A stretch of DNA of 64,000 nucleotides from positions 124,001 through 188,000 of the forward strand of contig JBLDXI010000043.1 in NCBI GenBank assembly GCA_047495785.1, given 5' to 3'. Each line of letters starts with the position of its first letter. Within the stretch, counting starts at the first letter, position 1. This document shows, piece after piece, positions 12,823 through 25,362 of this stretch. This DNA is from Lepidodermella squamata. Lineage: Eukaryota > Animalia > Gastrotricha. A program made the translations under genes and the position numbers. The notes below the pieces were generated by a model, which was not told the DNA's origin, did not search any database, and worked only from the letters and a program-made list of their open reading frames with translations.

Positions 12823-13066
12823 GGATCGCTTCCATTGGATTACTTCGGCTGTTTTTCCTCGATGTAAATCGTTAAGGTGCGAAACCCGAGTAATTTCTCC
12901 CAGGGCCGACTTGAAACACCGACCTCGAGTTACATCGCTTGTTTTTGAGCTAAGTAATTCGAAGTCGGCATTACAAGTCGGACTTGGGAGATATTACTCG
13001 GGTTTCGCACCTTACAACGATTTACATCGAGGAAAAACAGCCGAAGTAATCCAATGGAAGCGATCC
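12823..13066. mobile_element. Hairpin/foldback MITE-like inverted repeat (~90-bp arms)
   Basis: ggatcgcttccattggattacttcggctgtttttcctcgatgtaaatcgtt... is mirrored by ...aacgatttacatcgaggaaaaacagccgaagtaatccaatggaagcgatcc. Confidence 0.75.
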
Positions 13067-13726
13067 TAAAGACAGCAATAACAGTCGTGCAATCACAAGA
13101 ATTGTTACTTTAGTCCACATCACAAAAGACGGGCGTACACTAGTAAAAATAAGTTGCTATTTATGACAGCGCTACTGCGCTATCTAGAAACTTTTGAGCA
13201 AACTGTAACTGTGTGATAAATAGTGAGCGCTATCTATAGGGCTGTCAGACCCTTATCTAGAACAAGGTGTGCTAGCTAGAATGTTGCTATATTATTGGAG
13301 GCTGGGGGATATTTAGTGACTTCCTTAAATAGTGTGTGTTAGCTATCATGTGATATTTAGATCAGCGTTAACTATCACGGCGCCTCGGTTCAATGCTTGG
13401 AAACTGCGTGCTAGCTTGCAGGTTGCTAGCTATCACTGTTCTATATAAATTTAACGAATACACTGCTGCCTGCTAGTTAGCTTTGCTATTTATCAGCCCG
13501 TTCTCGGGTGCTAGCTAATCTCTGCTGCTATTTACACTTCCTGCACTTAGAAAGAAAGCGACAATACATATAGCAGTTAGGTAATAGTTTATACTAGCTC
13601 ATTGGCTTCATAATTCCATAGTTAAGACCGGCTGATTCGCCCTCGGAGGATTATCAGAAAAAATGGCGTTTTTCGCCTGCTGATTAGCGAATTTTTCGGT
13701 TTATTAAGTTATGCTCAACATGTGAT

Positions 13727-14168
13727 CATGTGACGTAGATAGGACGCCGCACTCAGAGCACGCCAGAAGACAAGAAGACGTGTTCACTTTTTTCCTCATT
13801 AATATTCAGAATAATTTGCAGCTTAAAAAAAATAAAATGGTGGGGCTCATTTTGAAATTGTTTAATAATTAAAATTTAAAAATTTAAAATTAATTAGTTC
13901 AAGTTTCGAAGATCGCAAAAAGTAGTGATTTGGCGCGGTTTCCGAGACGAAACAAAGAGGAGATGCATCTTTAAAGATGAACTAAGCTGATGAAATGGCA
14001 CCATCTGCTCAAAATTACACAGAAATAGCAAGAGAAATATTTGGGTGGAAAATAATGAGATGATTCATCTTATTAAATTTGAAAAGATGAACTTTGCCCC
14101 TTATTAGTCTGACTTCAGTTTTTCGTGTCCGAAAACCTCTTAGTGCGGCGTCCTATCTACGTCACATG
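13727..14168. mobile_element. MITE with CATG termini and 8-bp TSD (P-element-like)
   Basis: TIR catgtgacgtagataggacgccgcact / agtgcggcgtcctatctacgtcacatg; TSD catgtgat at 13719-13726 and 14169-14176. Confidence 0.8.
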
Positions 14169-14302
14169 CATGTGATAAGATAACAACAACAACATGTGAT
14201 GAATATTACCCGCTCGTGCTTTGGTATGTAAATGCTTCATAAGTATATCAGCATTATGCGTTCTACTTGCTTGTGTTCTGGCTGCTTTTGCATCTGAGCA
14301 CA

Positions 14303-17300
14303 ATGATCAAAAGATTTGAATCGAATGCCGAATTTACCAAAATCAAGCTTCTAGGCAGTGGCGCTTTCGGATCGGTTTGGCACTGCAAAGCTAACGATGA
14401 TTTTGCCGATTACGCTGTTAAGGTGGTCAACCTGAGCTTAATTCGTAGAACGTATCGCGGTAATGACGATATGGCTCGGAAACTTATCAAACTAAGCCGC
14501 GAAGAGGTTTAGCCATAAAATCAATGCTCAACCCAATGACAATTTTGTTTTTGTCTATCAGCACGTCAAGCTGTACAATTTGAAGCACCCTAACATATTG
14601 GCAGTGCATGGTGCTTTTGAAGGTCAGTATACAATTGATAAGATTTTATGTTACTTTCCAAAAAATTTCAGAACATTTAACTGAAATTGATGATACGAAC
14701 CAACGTGAGAACCAGTGGCGAATTGATAATGAGATGTACTACCTCGTTACGGAGTTTTATCAGGACGGAAATTTGGAAAACTACATTGAAAGAAAAAAGG
14801 AAACCAATGAAACTATTGAAGAACAATTGCTACAGCACTGGGCTCGCCAATTAGTATCGGTCATACGCTATGTTCATGAACGTTGGGTGCTCCTTCGGAA
14901 TATCGAGCCAAAACACATCTTCTTATGCGGCGATGGTAAAACTTTGAAGTTGGGCAATTTTGCTTTGGCGAAAGTGTACGATGAGTAAAGCCTTCATGCT
15001 TTGCGCCAGCGATGACGGCTTAACCTTTTCTTTCTTTCAGGCAGTCAGACACTACAATAATAGGACTTGGAACGCCAGTCTATGCCGCACCTGAAATTTT
15101 CAACAATGAGCGGCACACGCCAGCAAGTGACTGGTGGTCTCTTGGAGTCACACTGTTTGAGTTGGCCTATCTTCGCCGACCTGTAAATATAGCTCTATAA
15201 TTTATTACGTCGTCATTAGATAAAGTCTTACAGTTCAATTCAATCTATGAAATCATTCTGTGAGTTGAATGCCTTTTACTGCTTGCCCGCAAATCATTAA
15301 TGGCGATTAATGCATCTCTCTTGTATTCAGTGGCACGAAGCAGCCACAATTTGATGACGAACGCCAATATTCTCCTGAGTTTCGTGAATTCGTTTTATCA
15401 ATGTTACGGAAAGACAAATCAAGACGAGCTACTGCAGACGATTTGCTTGCGAGTCCGTTTTTGAAGAATTCACGAATTTTGTTGATGACTCAGCTCGACA
15501 GGATAAAGCTGCTCGGCGCCGGAGCATTCGGGTCAGTTTATCTCTGCAAAAGTAAATACGGTAATGTGGAATGTGCCGTGAAAATGGTAAATTTGTCTGC
15601 CATTGGACGAAAACATGGAGAGAATCCTGATATTGCTAAAAGACTAAAAGAATTGAGCCGCACAGAGGTTGTTTGGCTGTTGATGCTTCTGAAACAAGTC
15701 ATATTTTCGTCTTTTATCAAAGCATGAGAAATATCTGGAGATTTCGCACCGTAACATTGTTACAGTTTACGGATCATTTGAAGGTAAGGCGAAACCTAAC
15801 GTCCAATAACTTGACATGTACCTATTTTACATGACAGGACGGTTGGAGGTCATAAATGACACGAACAAGTATGAAAGGGAATGGGTAATGGGAGACGAGA
15901 TGTATTACCTTGTAATGGAGTTCTATTCTGGTGGAGATTTGAATAGCTTCATTAAGAATGCTCAGGAGAAAATTATCCCAGAACAATTTCTCCGCGAATT
16001 GGCTCGCCAGCTTGTGGAAGCGCTAGCCGCAATGCATAAGCGTGGAGTAATTCATCGGGATATCAAGCCTAAAAACATTATGCTGTGTGGCGATGGTATA
16101 ACTGTAATGCTTGGAGACTTTGGATTCGCCAAAATCACGTGTGATAGGTAAGTGTTATTTTTCGTAGGAAGATCAACAATCTATTTTGTAGAATATGTAT
16201 TGCGCATGTTCATATCTGAGATTCGTAGTTCGTAGCACTAAACCTGCGGTTCTCAAACTTTTTGTCCCGTATGACACAGCAGTGTCCTATGAGAATGACT
16301 CAGGACGCCTTGGTGAAATTATTGCAATTTGGTTGGGAACTTCTACTATTTTTGAGCTACAAATTGATTATGCTTGTTCAAATTGGTTTTTGATGGCAAC
16401 CAAGCTCGAAAATGATAAAATTACAGGTGAAATTAAAACTAAACGCGAGCGACGCGAGGGCATTCATAGAAATCGTCACTGAAAAACGACGTATAGCATC
16501 TTAAAAATAAGGCAATGAGGCGGTGTTTTCCCGGAAATTCATTTCTTGATTATTATTGATCAGATAATTCTTAATTATAAAATTTCAATTAATCATGTCA
16601 TCAGGTACAACTTTAACGTGCTTTACCATGCTCACGGCCATATCACGCGGAACGCACGGTTTCCGTCTCCAGTCCGATCGGAGGTTTTCATAAAATACCG
16701 TGCTGCCCGAAAAGTTAGTCAGCCCCGTATAAAAGTCGGCCTCAAATATAAGACGGGGTCCAAGGGTCATTCGAATTAATAAAGGTCAGGCCTCAAAAAA
16801 TGGTCAGGTCGCCAACGCTTGTATCATCATTTTATGATATATTGACAAATTTCTAAATAGTTTAAAGGAATTCGAATTCTACTACGTCATCATTATCATC
16901 GCCTTCACCTCGGGTTGAAAATCCGAGCGTGTGCCGATCTATATTCATAGGAACTGCAAGCGTTGTATAGCGACATGTGATGAGTTGAGAAGGGTTCGAA
17001 ATAATAAAGATCAGGCCTCAAATAAAGGGCGGTCTCAAATATAAGACGGGGTTTTGACTAGTTTTGAAACAAATAAAGGACAGGCCCAACATTTCGGGCA
17101 GTAAGGTATTCCATAAATGGACAACTCGCGTGCGAGTCTGAATATGGTCCAAAAATGACTTGTTTCTTATGTTCCTTTGTTTTTGCCACTTCATTCACGT
17201 TGAAAACCCCGCTTTTCACATATCTCCCGTCGCCCTGAAACGGATGTTAACAAGCCCAAATCTGAAGAGTTATTCAACGACGCTGACGATATCACGTGGC

Positions 17301-19196
17301 ATGACGACATATCGTTAGCGACGCGCCAAAACAACCACTTTACTATTTATAGTTTTTTTAGGAACCTACGTTCGAAATTTGGAAAAAATCGGTGCTCAAA
17401 ACGCCCAACGTACTTCAACATTACGTTAGGCGACTAAAAAGTACGATCGAATGAGTCATCTAAGTGGTTGTTTTGGCGGGTCGTTCTATGGAAAAAACTA
17501 CGGCATGCCAAATTCTTTATCTGCATCCTATTCTTGAAGTTTGGCAACTGAGATTATTGTACTTATTTGTAAATTTCAGGTCATCCAGCAGCATAAACAT
17601 AGGACTCGGAACGCCGGGTTACTACGCGCCCGAACTTAGCTATGAGAAACCCTCGTCTGCCAGTGATATATGGGCTCTAGGCGTGACATTGCTCCAGCTA
17701 GCACTTACCAATCGCCGCTTAACAGTAAGTAAAGTATTATAAAAAGAGACTTTTCATGACCTTTCTTACACCTCTAGACGACTGGACAAATGTAAGAGTT
17801 ATAATGATTACTATGATGCTTTTGTAGCAACTTTCGAAGAGCGACAGGTTACCAGCTGTTCATTCTTTTTATTCAAGGATACCTGACTTGCAAGAATTAG
17901 CCCTTTCTGGCCATTTCTCACGTGAATTCGTCGAATTCCTCTGCTCAATGCTGGAAAAGGACAAACAATCGAGAGCTACCGCAGAAAAGTTGCTCGAATG
18001 CACATTTTTGAATCCGAATCCAAACCAGCCGCCTACCAAATCAGGAAGCGAATTCGCAAGTGATGAAGAGCGCAAATCTGCTTTGAAAGTGAGTTTGTTT
18101 ATCCAGTGTTCGAAGTAGGATCAAAGGGTAATTTCGGACCGGAAAGTTTGGATCAAAAGCTCTTTCTGTGAAAGTGTGAAAGAATTGATGGGAAAAAGTT
18201 TCACGTGCATTTCACGTTTGACACACTTTAACACATTTAACACATGCTGTTCGAAACTGGGGGTGGGGAGGCGGAATATGTAGAGCCTTTGTCGCTTGGT
18301 ATGCTTTTACTGTTCACGTTATTGCGATATAGGCTTTAATTCCTGATTTGTAACGCCATTGACTAACCTTCGTTTAATTCCTTTTGCAGCTGTTATTCCA
18401 ATACTCGCGGCAGAAAAACATGCTTCCAGAAATTGAGAAATTGCTGAGCGATCGACGATTGAATTTGGACGTAAACAGTAAGGACGATCACGGCTTCACG
18501 CCACTTTTGATTGCAGCTCAAGAAGGAATAGAGGAATACGTGAAGCCCTTGGTGGTGACTTACAATGCAAACATTGAATCGAAAGATGCCCAAGGCAGAA
18601 CATCGCTGTACTTCGCTGCAAAAAGTGTTCACATCAAAGTGCTACGAATACTTGCAAGCGATCTAAAGGCGAATGTTAACACGACAGCGAGTGATAATTC
18701 AACGCCGACATGGATTGCCTCTGAAAAAGGACAATTAGAAATTGTGAGGTTCTTGGTGACAGACTGTCACGCTGATGCTAATTTAGCATCAAATGATGGA
18801 ACGACTCCGTTATGTGTAGCTGCTCGGGAAGGCCATTTGAATATTGTTGAATTTTTGGCAAAGACAGCCAAGGCTGACGTAAACAAACCAATGAAAAACG
18901 GTTTCACACCGTTAATCCTCGCCTCGTACTATGGCCATCACGGAGTTGTGAAAGTTTTGTTGGAAGTGCCTGGTATCGCTGTCAATGCAAGCATTTCTTC
19001 GACCGGCGAGACTGCTCTATCTGCTGCATACGAATGCGACGCTGACGTCTCCGCAGAGGATAGATCGGAAACAATCAAGATTTTGATGCTCTCGGGAGCT
19101 GTGAAGGGCGAAACGCCAAGCTATTTGAAGGTTGAAAATCTTCCATATTCTGGAGCCTTCGATGATATAGACCGTTCAAATTTGGAGCCATTTTGA
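14303..19196 (+). CDS. Tandem pseudokinase + kinase + ankyrin-repeat protein (paralog 2)
   Basis: Domain 1 has GSGAFG, YAVK and YAAPE, but HRD is LRN and DFG is NFA. Exon ~15331-15668 reads without a stop from the end of domain 1 into domain 2 ([26 protein letters not shown]). Ankyrin exon ~18390-19196. Confidence 0.8.
16696..17108. mobile_element. Tc1/mariner-pogo-like MITE in an intron of paralog 2
   Basis: taccgtgctgcccgaaaagtt ... aacatttcgggcagtaaggta with TA ends; internal repeats ctcaaatataagacgggg and aataaaggtcaggcctcaa. Confidence 0.6.
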
Positions 19197-19481
19197 ATTA
19201 ATTGCTTTACAATGCATATTCATGTTCGATTAAAGACCTAAATTGGCTTCTTGTTTGTTGTTGAAACTCGGTTGTGTTATTGCTCGATGTAAGTTCTCAA
19301 AACACGAAACTCTGAATGGGGATTTTGGGGCACTTCCTACGATATGCCCCCAACATCGAGAGGTCAAGGCAAGAAAACACAAAAAAAGCACAGGGGCGCC
19401 TTTTGGTCGGATACATTCGGGGCTGATAATACCCGCAACCTGGAGCTGTTAAGGAAATTCTGATACTGCCCAGTTCGAAAG

Positions 19482-19985
19482 CAGTGACTTTGATTTGATT
19501 TGATTTGATTTGATTTGATTTCTCCAGTAAATCACGGGTCTTGTTAAATCAATCATTTCAAATCAAATCCACGAAAAATCCATGGTAAATCAATCAAATC
19601 AAATCATACGACCAGTCTAAATCAAATCAAATCAAATCTTCCGCATAGAAAACCTTGATTGTTACGGTAAATTTCGGAGAATTGTTTCACATTTTAAGGT
19701 TGACTTCGGCAGGGCAACCTTAAAAGTGGTAGAATGGCTCCAGTCTTAGCAATCCTTAACTCGAAAAGAGGTGTTTCGTGGCAAATGCAAGTTCTCATGA
19801 TAGGTAAAAGGGGGAATTCCAAGAGTTTTGAATACTCTAAATCAGCGTAAATCAGGGGGTCTAAATCATTTGCAAATCAAATCATTGTAAAAACGTTGTA
19901 AATCAATCATCGGTAAATCAAATCAACAAAAAATGGCCTAAATCAAATCAAATCACAATCAAATCAAATCAAATCAAAGTCTCTG
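19482..19985. mobile_element. hAT-like MITE built from (GATTT)n/(AAATC)n pentamer arrays
   Basis: Termini cagtgactttgatttg... / ...caaatcaaagtctctg; 8-bp TSD ttcgaaag at 19474-19481 and 19986-19993. Confidence 0.85.
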
Positions 19986-20325
19986 TTCGAAAGGCGACTT
20001 TCAAGAATGCTAAAACTGTTCGCAATTATCTAGATAGCAAGCAAAGCAGTGAGTAAGCCTCAGCAACCATCTTTCAATTGAACTCGACTAACCTTTCATC
20101 CATTGCACCATCCACTACCGCATTGTAGGCTCTTAAATTCACATACCTGTGAATGTGTATTCTACCCATTACTAATGCGTAAAATTGGGTTTTTACCGCT
20201 GTGTTTAATAAAGTTTAACCGCCTGGTGGTTATTCACCGAGGGAATAGTGCGTAAAATGCGGGAGTTTTTTCGGGAAAAATTACTGTCTAACAGTCGGGA
20301 AAGTAGATTTCTTTCTGTCTAACAG

Positions 20326-22603
20326 CACGTCAAGTTGCAAAATTTGAAGCACCCTAACATAGTCGCATGGTGCATTTGAAGGTTAGAGTACAGCTGACAA
20401 TATTTCCACTTAAATTCAACACTGTTCTAGGACCGTTACTTGAAATTAATGACAAGTACCAACATGGGAAAAAATGGCGCCTTGATGATGCGATGTACTA
20501 CCTCGGGATGGATTTTTATCCCGGCGGGGATTTGGAAGCTTACATGGAAAGAGTTAGCCAGGGGAATTTAGCTATCTCAGAAAATTCGCTTCGCTATTGA
20601 GCTCGACAACTGGTGTCTACCATAGCTTGCCTGCATAAATGTGGAGCACTTCATCGCGATATCAAGCCAAAGAATATTCTCCTGGGAGAAGATGGCAAAA
20701 CTGTTATTCTGGGCGACTTTGGTTTTGTTAAAATCTACTGCGAAGAGTATACATTTTCTGCTTCAGCGAGTTGAAATTGCCCCATTATTCTTCAGGTAAG
20801 GATTTATGTTTCTCAGAAAAAGAAAAAATTGGCTCTTGACTTATATGCAATATTGGGCAATCTATGTTTTTATTTGGCCCAAAAACATAACGGGGAACTT
20901 TTTGGTCGAATTAATTCTGGGCTGAAAATTTTCAATCGTTGCAAATCTAAATGAAATGAAAATAAGCACTAAATCAAATCAAACAAACAAAAGGATGGAC
21001 AGCCCTTTTTCGGATGCGGCTCAAATAATGTTGCCCTTCTGCTAAAGAAGCTCCGCGCCGCCTACATTTGACGATTGCCGCTGTTACTCCACTGAATTCC
21101 TCAACTTCATCCGCTCAATGCTAAAAGCGGACAGGCGATTGCGAGCTACTGCGAACGAATTGCATTTGAGTTCTTTTTGAGTCATGCAATTGCTGACGAT
21201 TTGTCCATGTCAACAGGAACTGCCAGCGATTGAATTTGGATGTAAACAGCAGAAACGAAGACGGCTTCACGCCACTTATGATAGCTACCCGAAACGGATT
21301 ACTCGGGCATATGAAGCTTTTGGTGGAGAAGTACAACGCTGATGTCGAAGTAGCGGACAATCTAGGCAGAACATGTCTGCACATCGCTACGAAGAATGGT
21401 CATGAAAACGTTGTGCAACTTCTCGCAAGAGATCTGGGCGCGAATGTCGATGCGGAGTCGAAAAATGGAGCAACGCCGCTATTCCTCGCCGCGAAAAATG
21501 GCCATTTTCAAATTGTTAAGCTTCTGGCTGGTGAATTTAAAGCCAATGTAAATGTAGCGACAACTGACGGAGTAACGCCTTTATACTTTATATATCGCTG
21601 CTGAAAATGGCCATCTGAGACCAAGAGATGTTAAGTACCGGATGCAGAGCTACTGATCTCCATAATACTTTTCTCGCGCCGTCGAACCATTTTTTGCAAT
21701 GCCAAAAATAGTAACATGTTCTATTTTTTAGCTTTAGCTTTACAGCAAATCACTATATATCGAAGATTTTGTTACTATTTTTAGCATTTGCAAAAAGTGG
21801 TTCTACGGCGCGAGAAAATTATTATGGAGGAGTCAGAAGTTCAGCATCCGGTACTTAACATCACTTGTCTGAGACTAGTCAAGCTTCTCGCGGGTGAGTA
21901 TAAGGCCGATGTGAATGTGAGCATCAACGACGGTTCAACGCCACTGTTTATCGCTGCTGCCTACGGCTACTTGAGAATAGTCAGGCTTCTCACGGAAGAA
22001 TTCAAAGCTGACGTGGAAAAACCTCATACCGTTGGTGCGACGCCGCTATGGATCGCGACACAGAATGGCCACTTGCGGGTTGTCAAGTTACTCGCTGGCG
22101 TTTACAAAGCTAACGTAAATGTTAGAATTAACGACGATTCAACACCACTGTTTATTGCTGCTGCCTACGATTACTTGGGGTTAGTGAAGTTGCTCGCGGG
22201 AGACTTCAAAGCCGATGTGAATGCAGTGAGGAATGACGGCGTCACGCCATTATTCGTTGCTGCTCACATGGGCCACTCGCGTATCGTAAAGATCCTGGCT
22301 GGGCGATTCGAGGCGCATGTTAATGCGGCGAGAAAAGATGGTGCCACGCCACTGTACGCTGCTGTTCAGCTGAGTCACTTGGATATAGTGAAGCTTCTCG
22401 TAGGGGGTTTTAAAGCTGACGTGAATGCAGCGATGAAGGACGGTGCTACACCATTATACGTCGCTGCTTTGAATGGGTACTTGGATATCGCAAAGCTTCT
22501 GGCAAGGGGCTCTAGAGCTGCCAAACGTTCAAGAGAGAATGATGGTACCACGCTTTCGAATGCCGATACCATGAAATACGCTCGAAAAACTCGAACATGT
22601 TGA
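20326..22603 (+). pseudogene. Kinase-ankyrin pseudogene (paralog 3)
   Basis: No first exon, in-frame TGA at 20598-20600 before [14 protein letters not shown] exon missing, frameshift near 21590 and a MITE inside the ankyrin exon. Confidence 0.8.
21622..21867. mobile_element. MITE with CAAG..CTTG termini and 8-bp TSD inside an ankyrin repeat
   Basis: TIR caagagatgttaagtaccggatgc / gcatccggtacttaacatcacttg; TSD tctgagac. Removal restores AAENGHLRLVKLLAGE. Confidence 0.88.
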
Positions 22604-23316
22604 CTGAGGCTGGGGGAGGTCATCCCATTTATATTTAAATCCCGTTGATTCACGTTAATTAAAAAACTCAAAATAGTTGAAAAGGGCTTGTACGATTTCT
22701 TATTGAGAATAAACGTGCCAATCGTGCATTCTTTTTACAACGCACGAACGAACGAAAATCTTGTTTATTGTCGTCATTCAACATGACTAACTCTTTATGT
22801 TCTGTGTGACCAGTTGTTCCAGTTGAGCCGCTTTTATCATGTAGAAACAATAGCTGAATAATAACCTTTAGGATCTCAAGAATCGTCCATATTCAAGTCA
22901 ATACACCTTTTAACTTTTGCTCCAGCACTACCCGGTGCCATTCTGTCCAGCACCCGTCCAGCGTCCAGCACACTTCAGCACAATTCTGGACTGGATTTTA
23001 CAGTGAAACACGCTCCAAAACCTTTTAAAATTAAGAAAACCGTGGGTTCTCATTTTGTCGTCTGGCCCGGCCGAGCTGGGGTAAAGATGGTCATTTTTTC
23101 CGAACCAAGCAGTACCTAATTTCCCCTTATTCAACGTTGAGCAGCGATGGCTTGCTAACGCGGTTAGGAATTAGCCCATGGGATTTTGCGAGCTTAATAA
23201 AATAGGCCAGGAAGTTTTAAAGCTAGCGTTAAAATGGAGTAACATTTTGAATAAATATACAAGCTATGGCTCCAGTCGTGGGGGTGAGCACTTGCATGCA
23301 TAGGTGCCAAGCTCGG

Positions 23317-24781
23317 GATATCGATGATTTTGCGCTAAAGCCGACCAACGAGAAAAAAATTCCAATACAGAGTACTGCGCACAATACGAAGTACTACGCG
23401 CGCATAATATTATAAGATATACTTATAGCCCGCATTCTGTGTGAAAAAAATGAATGTACTGGACAAATGACCAACAAATATAAGTGCGCTTTTGTGGATG
23501 TTACCATGAAATCTTCTGCTTACCTGGTAGAGAACTGTCGAAAGTATCAGGAAATCGATAGAAAAGCATGTGCAACCGTGGGTTATTCACCGCTAAGCGA
23601 CTTGAAAGTGATCTGAAAGCGCAAAAACCTTGGAAAAATGCACCCACTGGTGTCTTGAGTGGCGTTTCTGCGAAAACCAAAATGGGTTCACCCACAGTTT
23701 TTTCACATTCCCTAGCCGAGCACATGGAGGGCTTATTAGGGAAGTAAGAAATAGCCAGTTAATATGGAGGACATCCACGGCTTTTCAGTATTTTCCCTCC
23801 CGGCTTGAAAATCGTGGAAAAAGCGAAAATTGTATGTTTTTAGTCGCTCTTATCTCGAAAACACCCATGGTTGCACCATAGCTTTTTGTAGTCAAATAGG
23901 AGAAGGCACTAGGAGGTAGGTTTTAACAGGGAAAACAGCAAGAACCACCCCAACTTATCCTAGACTTTTTCGTCCTGATTAGCACTCACTACGTCACACC
24001 CAACACCTCGAAAATGCATGGCCTGGCGTCTTTTGGGGCATTGCTGCAAGAAAGAGCATGGGTTCAACCACAGTTTTTCACGTCCTTTAGTAGAGCACAA
24101 GAAGATCTTACTCAGGAAGTAAGAAATTGCCAGTAAATGCGGTGTTTATCCACGGGTTTAGAGTCTTTTCTCTCCACATCCGATTCAAGTCCGAATCGAA
24201 GAGAAAGTGAGGATTTTTCATCTTTCATGGCACTTATCTTGAAAAAACCCATGGTTGCACCATAAGTTTTTGTATTCAAACAATAGAGGAGATTGAGAAC
24301 AAGGTTTCAAAAGAGAAAACAGCACGAACCACGACAACTTATCCACGACTTTTTCGCCTTGATGGACAATCATGATGGGCAAATCATGGTAGCACCCGCA
24401 TATTTGCTATTTTATAAGAAGTATGCGCTCCATTCAACTTGTTACAGGTGAAATAAGGGCTCTGCCGCGTAAGGTAAGGTGAATAGCCCAGTTTTGAAGT
24501 TCGATTTTGAGCTTAAAATGTGATTGTCCATCAAGGCGAAAAAGTCGTGGATAAGTTGTCGTGGTTCGTGGTTCGTAAGCAGAAGATTTCATGGTAACAT
24601 CCACAAAAGCGCACTCATATTTGTTGGTCATTTGTCCAGTACATTCATTTTTTTCACACAGAATGCGGGCTATAAGTATATCTTATAATATTATGCGCGC
24701 GTAGTACTTCGTATTGTGCGCAGTACTCTGTATTGGAATTTTTTTCTCGTTGGTCGGCTTTAGCGCAAAATCATCGATATC
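23317..24781. mobile_element. Foldback/Mutator-like non-autonomous element with ~205-bp near-perfect TIRs
   Basis: 23317-23522 (gatatcgatgattttgcgctaaagccgacc...) is the reverse complement of ~24576-24781; internal diverged direct repeat (~23680-23980 vs ~24060-24360). No clean TSD. Confidence 0.75.
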
Positions 24782-24976
24782 AAGCCGACAAATACCCTTC
24801 GAAGGGAAGATGTTGTCAATACCCTAATTTTAGGCAACTTCGATATTTTTTTTATTTCGAAAATTCAAGTTTCAGAAGAAAAACTGAGTGAGAACATGTT
24901 AGGATTCCGTGCTTATTCAAGAAGAATCGTGCTTATTCAAGTCAATACGCCATTTGCCATTTCATGGGAAATACAG

Positions 24977-25170
24977 ATAATACGCCGGAATAGGTGAATC
25001 ATTTTAGGCCTTTGTGCCAAGCAGAAGATGAGATAAGATAACATTTGAGAACTTCCGTAAAAAAATGCTGTGATCACAGCATTTTTTTACGGAAGTTCTC
25101 AAATGTTATCTTATCTCATCTTCTGCTTGGCACAAAGGCCTAAAATGATTCACCTATTCCGGCGTATTAT
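24977..25170. repeat. Perfect 194-bp spacerless palindrome
   Basis: 97-bp arms, centre ...gctgtga|tcacagc... between 25073 and 25074. Confidence 0.92.
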
Positions 25171-25362
25171 ATACAACAATGTATGAACAATGGTGTGATG
25201 AGTCACAATCAAAAAACCATTGTGTGTGCCATCCATAAGACTGACCCCCAGAAAATTATCACAGCTTATCTCATTTATATATCACCGGCGCGTGCTTTAG
25301 TTTGCAAGTTCTTCATCAGTATTATTGCTTTTTATCCTGCCTGGCTTTTACATCTGGGTACA

